Assembly (NCBI GenBank): GCA_964016885.1
Contig: OZ024759.1
Span: 5,084,001 to 5,148,000, forward strand
DNA length: 64,000 bases
Direction: 5' to 3'
Source of the DNA: Eledone cirrhosa
Taxonomy: Eukaryota
The notes below the pieces were generated by a model, which saw nothing but the letters and a program-made list of their open reading frames with translations, made no database searches and was not told the origin of the DNA. Both the position numbers and the translations under genes were made by a program. Positions 26,110-38,537 of the stretch are shown here, piece after piece (within the stretch, counting starts at the first letter, position 1; every line of letters starts with the position of its first letter).

Positions 26110-28282
26110 CAGAGGTCGGCATCCTTTTGGGGTGTGCGGGCCACATTGCTATGGAGTGTCACACAGGCAGGCCACATTTCTATGCAGTGTCTCACTGGCA
26201 GGCCACATTGTTACGAAGTGTCTTGTCAGTTGCTCACATTGCTATACAGTGTCTTGTCAGCAGGCCACATTGCTATACAGTGTCTTGTCAGCAGGCCACA
26301 TAGCTATGGAGTGTCTTGTCAGCAGGCCACATAGCTATGGAGTGTCTTGTCAGCAGGCCACATAGCTATGGAGTGTCTCACCAGCAGGCCACATTGCTAT
26401 ACAGTGTCTTGTCAGCAGGCCACATTGCTATACAGTGTCTTGTCAGCAGGCCACATAGCTATGCAGTGTCTCACCAGCAGGCCACATAGCTATGGAGTGT
26501 CTAGTCAGCAGGCCACATAGCTATGGAGTGTCTCACCAGCAGGCCACATTGCTATGCAGTGTCTTCTCAGCAGGCCATATTGCTATGCAGTGTCTCACCA
26601 GCAGGCCACATGGCTATGGAGTGTCTCACCAGCAGGCCACATAGCTATGCAGTGTCTCGTCAGCAGGCCATATTGCTATGCAGTGTCTCGTCAGCAGGCC
26701 ACATAGCTATGTAGTGTCTCAGCAGCAGGCCACATAGCTATGGAGTGTCTCACCAGCAGGCCACATAGCTATGGAGTGTCTTGTCAGCAGGCCACATAGC
26801 TATGTAATGTCTCGCCAGCAGGCCACATAGCTATGTAGTGTCTTGTCAGCAGGCCACATAGCTATGTAATGTCTCGCCAGCAGGCCACATAGCTATGCAG
26901 TGTCTCACCAGCAGGCCACATAGCTATGCAGTGTCTCGTCAGCAGGCCATATTGCTATGCAGTGTCTCGTCAGCAGGCCATATTGCTATGCAGTGTCTCA
27001 CCAGCAGGCCACATAGCTATGCAGTGTCTCGTCAGCAGGCCACATTGCTATACAGTGTCTTGTCAACAGGCCATATAGCTATGGAGTGTCTCACCAGCAG
27101 GCCACATAGCTATGTAGTGTCTTGTCAGCAGGCGACATAGCTATGGAGTGTCTCACCAGCAGACTACATAGCTATGCAGTGTCTCACCAGCAGGCCACAT
27201 TGCTATGCAGTGTCTCACCAGCAGGCCACATAGCTATGCAGTGTCTCGTCAGCAGGCCATATTGCTATGCAGTGTCTCGTCAGCAGGCCATATTGCTATG
27301 CAGTGTCTCACCAGCAGGCCACATAGCTATGCAGTGTCTCGTCAGCAGGCCACATTGATATACAGTGTCTTGTCAACAGGCCATATAGCTATGGAGTGTC
27401 TCACCAGCAGGCCACATAGCTATGTAGTGTCTTGTCAGCAGGCGACATAGCTATGGAGTGTCTCACCAGCAGACTACATAGCTATGCAGTGTCTCACCAG
27501 CAGGCCACATTGCTATGCAGTGTCTCACCAGCATGCCACGTAGCTGTGCAGTGTCTCGTCAGCAGGCCACATTGCTATGCAGTGTCTCGTCAGCAGGCCA
27601 CGTAGCTATGTAGTGTCTCGTCGGCAGGCCATGATATCAAATAAGTAATGAGAACATATGTAAAAAGAATGCAGTAATATAATAAAATACTCTGACATTT
27701 TTAATAAACTCTGACAAAGCCATGACACCTGGCAGTGTATTTAAACCAGGGTTGCCATTTGTTCAGTGAACATATTTACTTCTAATAATACTGAACACTT
27801 TTAACATAGAAAAATAAATAAACATTGATTATTATCAAATACAGTCCCTTACAGATGTTTTACTACCAGACAGTTAACTAAAATGAACAATTTTGAGGAT
27901 GAAATGAAATAACTATGTCAGACATACTGACTTTTTTAGGTAAGTCTGGGTCATTTCACATCCCTGCCATACAGATACTATGTATGTACATATATACACG
28001 AATACACACACACAGTCCCTTTGACCTCGATGTCTGACTATTCTATCTCTCTGAGTTTGATTGTTTCTTACTGTCACATTAAAACATTACGTTCAGTTAA
28101 GTGAGTCTTGAGGTTAGACGTGTTCTCTAGTTGGTATTTTAATCCCAAATAATTCAGAACACATTTTCAGGGGATGGCTTAGTCAAAGATTGAAACCTGT
28201 CGGCAGGCCAGATGTCGCCCGTGGGCCAGATGTGGACCGCGGGCCAGATGTGGCCTACGGGCCAGGGATTTAATGACCCCTA
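26110..28282. mobile_element. Non-autonomous hAT transposon carrying a 31-bp internal tandem array (about 26140-27630)
   Basis: Termini cagaggtc / gaccccta, perfect 8-bp TSD ATCTATAC (26102-26109, 28283-28290) and subterminal gggcca repeats. Unit gcaggccacatagctatgcagtgtctcacca, with a 310-bp (10-unit) higher-order duplication. Confidence 0.85.
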
Positions 28283-28647
28283 ATCTATACTATAGTGATA
28301 TCAACTATTTTATATCTATATCATCTGTACTATATCCCTACAACCTATATTATATCTATAGCTATACTATATCTATTCCTCTATATTATATCTATTGAAG
28401 GTGCAAGGATTAGTGGTAAGAGCGTCAGGCTTACAATCATAAAGTTGTGAGTTTGATGCCTGAATCTTGCTGTGTTTTGTGTTCTTGAACAAGTCACTTT
28501 ATTTCATGTTGCTCAAGATACTCTGCTATAGAAATGAGTTGTGATGTCACACTTTCAATAGGAACACACACCTGTCTCTAAGTTACACCTGCTGTTGTTT
28601 TGTTTCAATATATTATGCTACAACAAAGTTATGCTACATCACTTACC

Positions 28648-31600
28648 TTATTAGAAATATGGTAATGAAAGGGTTAATGACATAGACAGTGTCTTTCATT
28701 AGAAATATGGTAATGAAAGGGTTAATGACATAGACAGTGTCTTTCATTAGATATATGGTAATGAAGGGGTTAATGACATAGACAGTGTCTTTCATTAGAT
28801 ATATGGTAATGCAGGGGTTAATAACATAGGTAGTGTCTTTCATTAGATATATGGTAATGAAAGGGTTAATGACATAGACAGTGTCTTTTATTAGATATAT
28901 GGTAATGAAGGGGTTAATGACATAGACAGTGTCTTTCATTAGATATATGGTTATGAAAGGGTTAATGACATAGGTAGTGTCTTTCATTAGAAATATGGTA
29001 ATGAAAGGGTTAATGACATAGACAGTGTCTTTCATTAGATATATGGTAATGAAGGGGTTAATGACATAGACGGTGTCTTTCATTAGATATATGGTAATGC
29101 AGGGGTTAATAACATAGGTAGTGTCTTTCATTAGATATATGGTAATGAAAGGGTTAATGACATAGACAGTGTCTTTTATTAGATATATGGTAATGAAAGG
29201 GTTAATGACATAGACAGTGTCTTTCATTAGATATATGGTAATGAAGGGGTTAATGACATAGACGGTGTCTTTCATTAGATATATGGTAATGCAGGGGTTA
29301 ATAACATAGGTAGTGTCTTTCATTAGATATATGGTAATGAAAGGGTTAATGACATAGACAGTGTCTTTTATTAGATATATGGTAATGAAGGGGTTAATGA
29401 CATAGACAGTGTCTTTCATTAGATATATGGTAATGCAGGGGTTAATAACATAGGTAGTGTCTTTCATTAGAAATATAGTAATGAAAGGGTTAATGACATA
29501 GACAGTGTCTTTCATTAGAAATATGGTAATGAAAGGGTTAATGACATAGACAGTGTCTTTCATTAGATATATGGTAATGAAGGGGTTAATGACATAGACA
29601 GTGTCTTTCATTAGATATATGGTAATGCAGGGGTTAATAACATAGGTAGTGTCTTTCATTAGATATATGGTAATGAAAGGGTTAATGACATAGACAGTGT
29701 CTTTTATTAGATATATGGTAATGAAAGGGTTAATGACATAGATAGTGTCTTTCATTAGATATATGGTAATGAAGGGGTTAATGACATAGACGGTGTCTTT
29801 CATTAGATATATGGTAATGCAGGGGTTAATAACATAGGTAGTGTCTTTCATTAGATATATGGTAATGAAAGGGTTAATGACATAGACAGTGTCTTTTATT
29901 AGATATATGGTAATGAAGGGGTTAATGACATAGACAGTGTCTTTCATTAGATATATGGTAATGAAAGGGTTAATGACATAGACAGTGTCTTTCATTAGAT
30001 ATATGGTAATGAAGGGGTTAATGACATAGACAGTGTCTTTCATTAGATATATGGTAATGCAGGGGTTAATAACATAGGTAGTGTCTTTCATTAGAAATAT
30101 GGTAATGAAAGGGTTAATGACATAGACAGTGTCTTTCATTAGAAATATGATAATGAAAGGGTTAATGACATATAGTGTCTTTCATTAGAAATATGGTAAT
30201 GAAAGGGTTAATGACATAGACAGTGTCTTTCATTAGATATATGGTAATGCAGGGGTTAATAACATAGGTAGTGTCTTTCATTAGAAATATGGTAATGAAA
30301 GGGTTAATGACATAGACAGTGTCTTTCATTACAAATATGATAATGAAAGGGTTAATGACATATAGTGTCTTTCATTAGAAATATGGTAATGAAAGGGTTA
30401 ATGACATAGACAGTGTCTTTCATTAGATATATGGTAATGCAGGGGTTAATAACATAGGTAGTGTCTTTCATTAGATATATGGTAATGAAAGGGTTAATGA
30501 CATAGACAGTGTCTTTTATTAGAAATATGATAATGAAAGGGTTAATGACATATAGTGTCTTTCATTAGAAATATGGTAATGAAAGGGTTAATGACATAGA
30601 CAGTGTCTTTCATTAGATATATGGTAATGAAGGGGTTAATGACATAGACAGTGTCTTTCATTAGATATATGGTAATGAAAGGGTTAATGACATATAGTGT
30701 CTTTCATTAGAAATATGGTAATGAAAGGGTTAATGACATAGACAGTGTCTTTCATTAGAAATATGGTAATGCAGGGGTTAATAACATAGGTAGTGTCTTT
30801 CATTAGATATATGGTAATGAAAGGGTTAATGACATAGACAGTGTCTTTTATTAGAAATATGGTAATGAAAGGGTTAATGATATAGACAGTGTCTTTCACT
30901 AGATATATGGTAATGAAGGGGTTAATGACATAGACAGTGTCTTTCATTAGAAATATGGTAATGAAAGGGTTAATGACATAGGTAGTGTCTTTAATTAGAA
31001 ATATAGTAATGAAAGGGTTAATGACATAGACAGTGTCTTTTATTAGAAATATGATAATGAAAGGGTTAATGATATAGACAGTGTCTTTCACTAGATATAT
31101 GGTAATGAAGGGGTTAATGACATAGACAGTGTCTTTCATTAGAAATATGGTAATGAAAGGGTTAATGACATAGGTAGTGTCTTTAATTAGAAATATAGTA
31201 ATGAAAGGGTTAATGACATAGACAGTGTCTTTCATTAGAAATATGGTAAGGAAAGGGTTAATGACATAGACAGTGTCTTTCATTAGAAATATGGTAATGA
31301 AAGGGTTAATGACATAGGTAATGTCTTTAATTAGAAATATAGTAATGAAAGGGTTAATGACATAGACAGTGTCTTTCATTAGAAATATGGTAATGAAAGG
31401 GTTAATGACATAGACAGTGTCTTTCATTAGAAATATGGTAATGAAAGGGTTAATGACATAGGTAATGTCTTTAATTAGAAATATAGTAATGAAAGGGTTA
31501 ATGACATAGACAGTGTCTTTCATTAGAAATATGGTAAGGAAAGAGTTAATGACATAGACAGTGTCTTTCATTAGATATATGGTAATGAAAGGGTTAATGA

Positions 31601-32695
31601 CATAGACAGTGTCTTTCATTAGAAATATGGTAATGAAAGGGTTAATGACATAGACAGTGTCTTTCATTAGAAATATGGTAATGAAAGTGTTAATGACATA
31701 TACAGTGTCTTTCATTAGAAATATGGTAATGAAAGGGTTAATGACATAGACAGTGTCTTTCATTAGAAATATGGTAATGAAAGGGTTAATGACATAGACA
31801 GTGTCTTTCATTAGAAATATGGTAATGAAAGGATTAATGACATAGGTAATGTCTTTAATTAGAAATATAGTAATGAAAGGGTTAATGACATAGACAGTGT
31901 CTTTCATTAGAAATATGGTAAGGAAAGAGTTAATGACAGACAGTGTCTTTCATTAGATATATGGTAATGAAAGGGTTAATGACATAGACAGTGTCTTTCA
32001 TTAGAAATATGGTAATGAAAGGGTTAATGACATAGACAGTGTCTTTCATTAGAAATATGGTAATGAAAGGGTTAATGACATATACAGTGTCTTTCATTAG
32101 AAATATGGTAATGAAAGGGTTAATGACATAGACAGTGTCTTTCATTAGAAATATGGTAATGAAAGGGTTAATGACATAGACTGTGTCTTTCTTTAGAAAT
32201 GTGGTAATGAAAGGGTTAATGACATATACAGTGTCTTTCATTAGAAATATGGTAATGAAAGGGTTAATGACATAGACAGTGTCTTTCATTAGAAATATGG
32301 TAATGAAAGGGTTAATGACATATACAGTGTCTTTCACTAGAAATATGATAATTGTTTCTACTTTTGGCACAAGGCCTGCAATTACCCAGTCTATTACTGG
32401 TACTTTATTTTATCGACCCCATAAGGATGAAAGGCAAAGTTAACCTCGGCGGGATTTGAACTCAGAATGGCAAGGGCCGTAACTCTATGCGTCAAAGCAT
32501 GGCGTCCGACCCTCTACCGATACTGCCAATCCAATTAGATATATGATAATGAAAGGGTTAATGACATAGACAGTGTCTTTCATTAGAAATATGGTAATGA
32601 AAGGGTTAATGACATAGACAGTGTCTTTCATTAGAAATATGGTAATGAAAGGGTTAATGACATATACTGTGTCTTTCATTAGAAATATGGTAGTA
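28648..32695. repeat. 48-bp minisatellite, array 3 (about 80 copies), interrupted by a SINE at about 32350-32533
   Basis: Same unit as arrays 1 and 2, with variant blocks. Confidence 0.96.
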
Positions 32696-32969
32696 GGAAG
32701 TTTAATTACTATACTGACAGTTGCTACCTTCATAACCAGCAGCACATCCTCCACTAGAGCATACACCTGTCTCTATGTTACACCTGATGTTGTTTTGTTT
32801 CAATATATTAAGCTACAGACTAAGCTATACTACACAACACACTTCATTGGAACACACACCTGTCTCTGTGTTACATCTCGCTGTTTGTTACACGTCTCTG
32901 TATGTTACACCTGCTGTTGTCTTGACCCACTATATTAAGTTATAAACAAAGCTATACTACACCACTTAC

Positions 32970-33107
32970 CTGTCTGACAGTTGCTACCTTCATAACCAGC
33001 AGTACATCCTCCACTAGAACACACACCTGTCTGTTTGTTACATTTACTGTTGTCAACACAGTGACATGTGTTGCCACAGTTGGCTCCAAATATACCATTT
33101 CTACAGA
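32970..33107 (-). CDS. EGF-like exon (138 bp)
   Basis: ttccacag|..CRNGIFGANCGNTCHCVDNSKCNKQTGVCSSGGCTAGYEGSNCQT G|gtaagt. Confidence 0.85.
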
Positions 33108-33805
33108 CTGTGGAAATAAAAATATGAGAACAATGACAACAACAACAACATATAACACTATACAAGATAATCATCATCTTCATCATTACCATTTAATGTC
33201 CATTTTCTATGCTAGCATGGGTTAGATATACTGTCCCATTGTGAGAAAAGTTGGGTCAGATGGCCATGTCTTGCTTATGCAGAACTGATTTGGGATTGGT
33301 TTTGATGGCTGGATGCCCTTCCAAATGCCAACCACTTTACAGTGTGGACTGGGCACTTTTTGTTGTGTCACCAACTTGACCACTTTACAATGAGAGCTGA
33401 GCACTTTTTGTTGTGGCATTATCACAACCATTTTACAGTGTGTGCTGGGCACTTTTTGTTGTGGCACTATCACAAGCACTTTATAGTGTGGGCTGGGCAT
33501 TTTTGTTGTGGCACTATCACAACCACTTTACAATGAGGGCTGGGCACATTTTGTGTCACCAACATGACCACTTTACAGTGTGGGCTGGGCATTTTCGTTG
33601 TGGCACTATCGCAACCACTTTACAGTGTGGACTGGGGACTTGAGTGGGGCAGTTGCATGGGGATTGAGGAGGTAGATTTAGGGGCATGGGTGAGGGGTGG
33701 GGATTTAGTAGCTCACTGACCTTTCTTCAACCCATTCTCACACTGGCTACTGTGCTTTCAGAACACCTTCATCCACTGCAAGTAACAGAAACTATGTACC
33801 ACTTC

Positions 33806-33996
33806 TTCATAACCAGCACCACACCCTCTACTGTAACACACCTGTCTTACAGTTGCTATCTTCATAACCATCACCACACACTTCACTGGAACACACACCT
33901 GTCTCTGTGTTACATCTAGCTGTTTGTTACACCTGCTGTTGTTAGTACAGTGACATGTGTGTTTACAGTTAGGTCCAAATTTACCTGCTTTACACC
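33806..33996 (-). pseudogene. Degenerate EGF exon with internal duplications and no canonical donor
   Basis: ttttcag|..CKAGKFGPNCKHTCHCTNNSRCNKQ, then an insertion/frameshift and a tandem duplicate of the exon 3' part. Confidence 0.75.
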
Positions 33997-34159
33997 CTGA
34001 AAATAAAAATATGGAATGTTCTGCATGAGCATGTGGTCGAAGGACAGCTCCTTGCTCCGATAAATCATGTCACTTCTAACACATGTAGCATACATGTTTC
34101 CCTTCCATGTAATAACCCAATATATTAAGTTAGAAACAAAGCTATACTACACCACTTAC

Positions 34160-34296
34160 CTGTCTGACAGTTGCTACCTTCATAACCAGCAGCACATCCT
34201 CCACTAGAACACACACCTGTCTCTTTGTTACACCTGCTGTTATCAGCACAGTGACATGTGTATTTACAGTTGGGTCCAAATTTACCTGTTTACAGA
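34160..34296 (-). pseudogene. EGF-like exon with 1-bp deletion (137 bp)
   Basis: Splice sites are intact, but TGT AAA CAG GTA replaces TGT AAA ACA GGT. The deletion is in an A-run, so it could be a sequencing error. Confidence 0.7.
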
Positions 34297-35031
34297 CTGT
34301 GGGTATAAAATATGAGAACAATGACAATTACAGCAACATATAACACTATACAAGATAATAAATATCATAATTATATCATCTATATATATGGTGGCACATG
34401 GCTTAATGGTTAGAGCATTGGCCTTGCAATTGAAAGGTTGTGAGTTCAATTCTCAGACCGGGTGATGTGTTGTTTCCTTGAGCAAGACACTTTATTTCAC
34501 ATTGCTCCAGTTTACTCAGCTGTAGAAATGAGATGATAGGGACTGGGGTCCCTATCATTCCACTGTAAAGTGGTCGTGGAGGTGCCATGGCAAAAAAGCA
34601 CCCACTACTCACTGTAAATAAGGTTGGTGTTAGGAAGGACATCCAGCTGTAGAAATCAAGCCAGAATCAGTTTCCGTCCCACCCTTGCAAGCAGGGAAAA
34701 GCGAACGTAAAATGATGATGAGTCTAACCCATGCTGGTGTGGAAGATGTACGTTATACGAAGATGATGATGATATAGTGTTGTCATCTATCATCTATACT
34801 ATATCTCTACAACCTATATGATATCTATATCCTATATATTATATCTAATCATCTGTATTATATCTATATCATCTGTATTATATCTATATCATCTGTATTA
34901 TATCTATATCATCTGTATTATATCTATATCATCATAACCAGCATCACACCTGTCTCTGTCTGTTTTTTTACACCTGCTGTTGTTTTGTTTCATATATCAA
35001 GTTAGAAACAAATCTGTACTACAGTACTTAC

Positions 35032-35169
35032 CTGTTTGACAGTTGCTACCTTCATAACCAGCAGCACATCCTCCACCTGAACACACACCTGTCTCTTTGT
35101 TACACCTGCTGTTATCTGCGCAGTGACATGTGTATTTACAGTTGGCTCCAAATTTACCTGTTTTACAGA
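35032..35169 (-). CDS. EGF-like exon (138 bp)
   Basis: ttttcag|..CKTGKFGANCKYTCHCADNSRCNKETGVCSGGGCAAGYEGSNCQT G|gtaagt. Confidence 0.85.
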
Positions 35170-35385
35170 CTGAAAATAAAAATATGGAAGTCTAAATATA
35201 TTTAATAATTCACATTAATTTCTGATATTTTCATATTTTACATGGTAGACATTATTTGAATTTTGAAAATGTGAGACCAGAGAAATTGCTTCATGTGACA
35301 CTGTAAGAAAACATTAAAGAAAACATTAAAAAAATGAAATGTATATCTTCTTCTTTATCATTAAGAATGTCAGCAGCAGCAGCAC

Positions 35386-35419
<34 letters not shown>

Positions 35420-36168
35420 CAGAGAGAGAGAGAGAGAGAGAAGAGAGAGAGTAGTTAATAATAAATACAAAGACCAAAATCTAGAGAGGGCTCAATAAGA
35501 TAAGAGTTTTATGTATATGTATATATATACATATATATGTATCATCATCATCATCATCATCATTTTACGTCCACTTTTCCCTGGTTGCGAGGGTGGGACG
35601 GAAACTGATTCTGGCTTGATTTCTACAGCTGGATGCCCTTCCTACCACCAACCTTATTTACAGTGAGTGCTGGGTGCTTTTTTGCTGTGGCACCTCCACG
35701 ACCACTTTGCAGTGGAATGATAGGGACCGCAATCCCTATCATCTCATTTCTACAGCTGAGTAAACTGGAGCAATGTGAAATAAAGTGTCTTGCTCAAGGA
35801 AACAACACATCACCCGGTTTGAGAATTGAACTCACAACCTTTCGATTGCAAGGCCAATGCTCTAACCACTAAGCCATAGAGAGAGAGAGAAGTGAGAGAG
35901 TAGTTAATAATAAATAGAAACACCAAAATCTGGAGAGGGCTCAATAAGATAAGAGTTATATATATATATATATATATATATACACTCAATACATAAACAG
36001 AGAAAGCCTTAAGCGATACTCTGACCAACACCATCTCACTCAACAAACATTAGGATATACCTAAGTATTATCCCAATTTAGTGTTTGGGGTGCTAACTAA
36101 TCAGTATTTCGTGGATAGCTGGTTGTATTATTTTATATGAGACATTATTAAATAAATATCTCTTTCCC

Positions 36169-36292
36169 TCCAGACGGCCGTTTCATTATAAGATTTCTAC
36201 AATTTGGAATAAATAATTTCCAGGTTATGTAGAAACTTGTATATAATCCATAGTTTTATACACAAGTGGGCTCTTATAAACTCATCAGTGGA
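36169..36292 (-). ncRNA. Type-I minimal hammerhead ribozyme motif, copy 1
   Basis: UCCA-CUGAUGA-[GUUUAUAAGA...UCUUAUAAU]-GAAAC-GGCC-GUC^UGGA: stem I, conserved core and palindromic stem III (ACGGCCGU). Confidence 0.8.
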
Positions 36293-37475
36293 TGCCCAAA
36301 TAATATCGATATAAGAATTATATCGACATTAATAGATTAGTGATGGTCTCCCTCAACGCTAAGAAGAGACTGGTAGTTCAGAAAATCCAGCAGTCCTCTC
36401 AAAGATAAAATACATGCTGTACCCAAAAGGGTAAAGGGAGGTCATCTTAAAATAAACCAATATACACGCTGGTCATTTAAACCTGTTAGGTATTAACCAC
36501 ATGTATAAGAACTCAATTGGATAGTAAAAGAATAACTATATGTATACACAACCAATGCACACATAGAGATAACACATAATAAATACATGTATGGATCCCC
36601 CATATACACACACAGCCACTCTCTAAGGCTAAATCAGACATGGGATACAAGGAAGATCAATCAGTATTTCATATAAAAAATAATAATAATAAAGTGCAGG
36701 GTGATAAAAATTAACGGTAGCCACGGAGCAGGCAGACTCAGAAAAACCTGGGATGACTTGATAAATTCCGACCTCACACCTCTCCAAGACAATGTCACTG
36801 GACCGAGATCTTTGGCGCCACACAGAAGACCCGCCTTGCCTAAGTACAAAGCGAAACCTACAGTCAGTAGGCACCTCTAACAAAATACACCCCTGTCCCA
36901 CTACCCCACCCCATCCACACCACCCCCTTAAATGTGAAGTTATGTTGGTACCACAACATCCAGTCCGAAACAAATGAGGTTGTGTAGGTGTCACAACAGA
37001 AAAAACACACAGTCCACGCTGTAATGTGGCCGTGTAGGTAACACGGTAAAAACCTCCCAGTCCACACTGTAAACGTGGTTGGTGTTAGGAAGGGCATCCA
37101 GCCATAGAAAACTTGCCAGTCAGTCCTATACGAGCAGGACAACGAATATTGCCTCAAGTGGGAAAACTCCCGTCCAAACCCATGCAAGCGTGGAAGATGG
37201 ACGTTAAACGATGATAATGATGATGATGATGATGATGAAAGAGAGTCATACCTTATATCTGGAAATCATATCTGGCCACCAAGAGTATATATTCAATACA
37301 TAAACAGAGAAAGCCTTAAGCGATACTCTGACCAACTCCATCTCACTCAACAAACATTAGGATATACCTAAGTATTTTCCTAATTTAGTGTTTGGGGTGC
37401 TAACTAATCAGTATTTCGTGGATAGCTGGTTGTATTATTTTATATGAGACATTATTAACTAAATATCTCTTTCCT

Positions 37476-37599
37476 TCCAGACGGCCGTTTCCTTATAAGA
37501 TTTCTACAATTCGGGATAAATAATTTCCAGGTTATGTAGAAACTTGTATATAATCCATAGTTTTATACACAAGCGGGCTCTTATAAACTCATCAGTGGA
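37476..37599 (-). ncRNA. Type-I minimal hammerhead ribozyme motif, copy 2
   Basis: UCCA-CUGAUGA-[GUUUAUAAGA...UCUUAUAAG]-GAAAC-GGCC-GUC^UGGA. Confidence 0.8.
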
Positions 37600-37857
37600 T
37601 GCCCAAATAATATCGATATAAGAATTATATCGACATTAATAGATTAGTGATGGTCTCCCTCAGCGCTAAGAAGATCCAGCGCTTAGAAAATCCAGCAGTC
37701 CTCTCAAAGATAAAATACACGCTGTCCCCAAGAGGGTAAGGGGAGGTCATCTTAAAATAAAACAATATACACGCTGGTCATTTAAACCTGTTAGCTATTA
37801 ACCACGTGTATAAGAACTCAATTGGATATTAAAAGAACAACTATATGTATACACAAT

Positions 37858-37905
<48 letters not shown>

Positions 37906-38127
37906 CAAATATTTCAAATATTTCAGATCAGTGGTTGGCGTTGGGAAGGGCATCCAGCCGTAAAAAAACAGTCAGAAACTCTCGTATATGAGCGAGACAT
38001 GGTCACTTGACCCAACATGCCTCTAAATGGGACAACCCTGTCTAACCCATGCTAGCATGGAAGATAGACGTTAATTGATGATGATGATGATACATACATA
38101 TATATATAGCTACATTACACCACTTAC

Positions 38128-38265
38128 CTGTCTGACAGTTGCTACCTTCATAACCAGCAGTACACCCTCCACTGTAACACACACCTGTCTCTGTGTTACA
38201 TTTGCTGTTGTCTGCACAGTGACAATTTCTACTACAGCTGGGACCAAACTTTCCTACAGGACACA
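38128..38265 (-). CDS. EGF-like exon (138 bp)
   Basis: ttctatag|..CPVGKFGPSCSRNCHCADNSKCNTETGVCYSGGCTAGYEGSNCQT G|gtaagt. Confidence 0.9.
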
Positions 38266-38359
38266 CTATAGAAAATATTTAAAATTCACTTCTAATATTC
38301 ACTCACTTTTTTCAGGTAACATGTTTGATGTTTGTAAAACCTATGAAGACCTGCACTAT

Positions 38360-38405
<46 letters not shown>

Positions 38406-38537
38406 TATACATATATATATATACACATATATATACATATATATATATATACACATATATATATACATATATACTGAAGTAAAAGTTAAGTGGAAATATC
38501 CAAGAGTAAGAGCACTCAGTCCATAGGACGAGTTTAG

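Larger units (their letters stand above)
35986..37860 (-). mobile_element. Pair of about 570-bp direct repeats (35986-36555 and 37293-37860), each with a hammerhead motif; Penelope pseudo-LTR or retrozyme-like
   Basis: Highly similar copies offset by 1307 bp and bounded by (TA)n. The spacer contains a SINE fragment. Confidence 0.75.

Noticed and set aside
28643-32370. MKDTVYVINPFITIFL-repeat membrane protein
   Set aside because: Translation of the 48-bp satellite; broken by 2-bp indels and a SINE.
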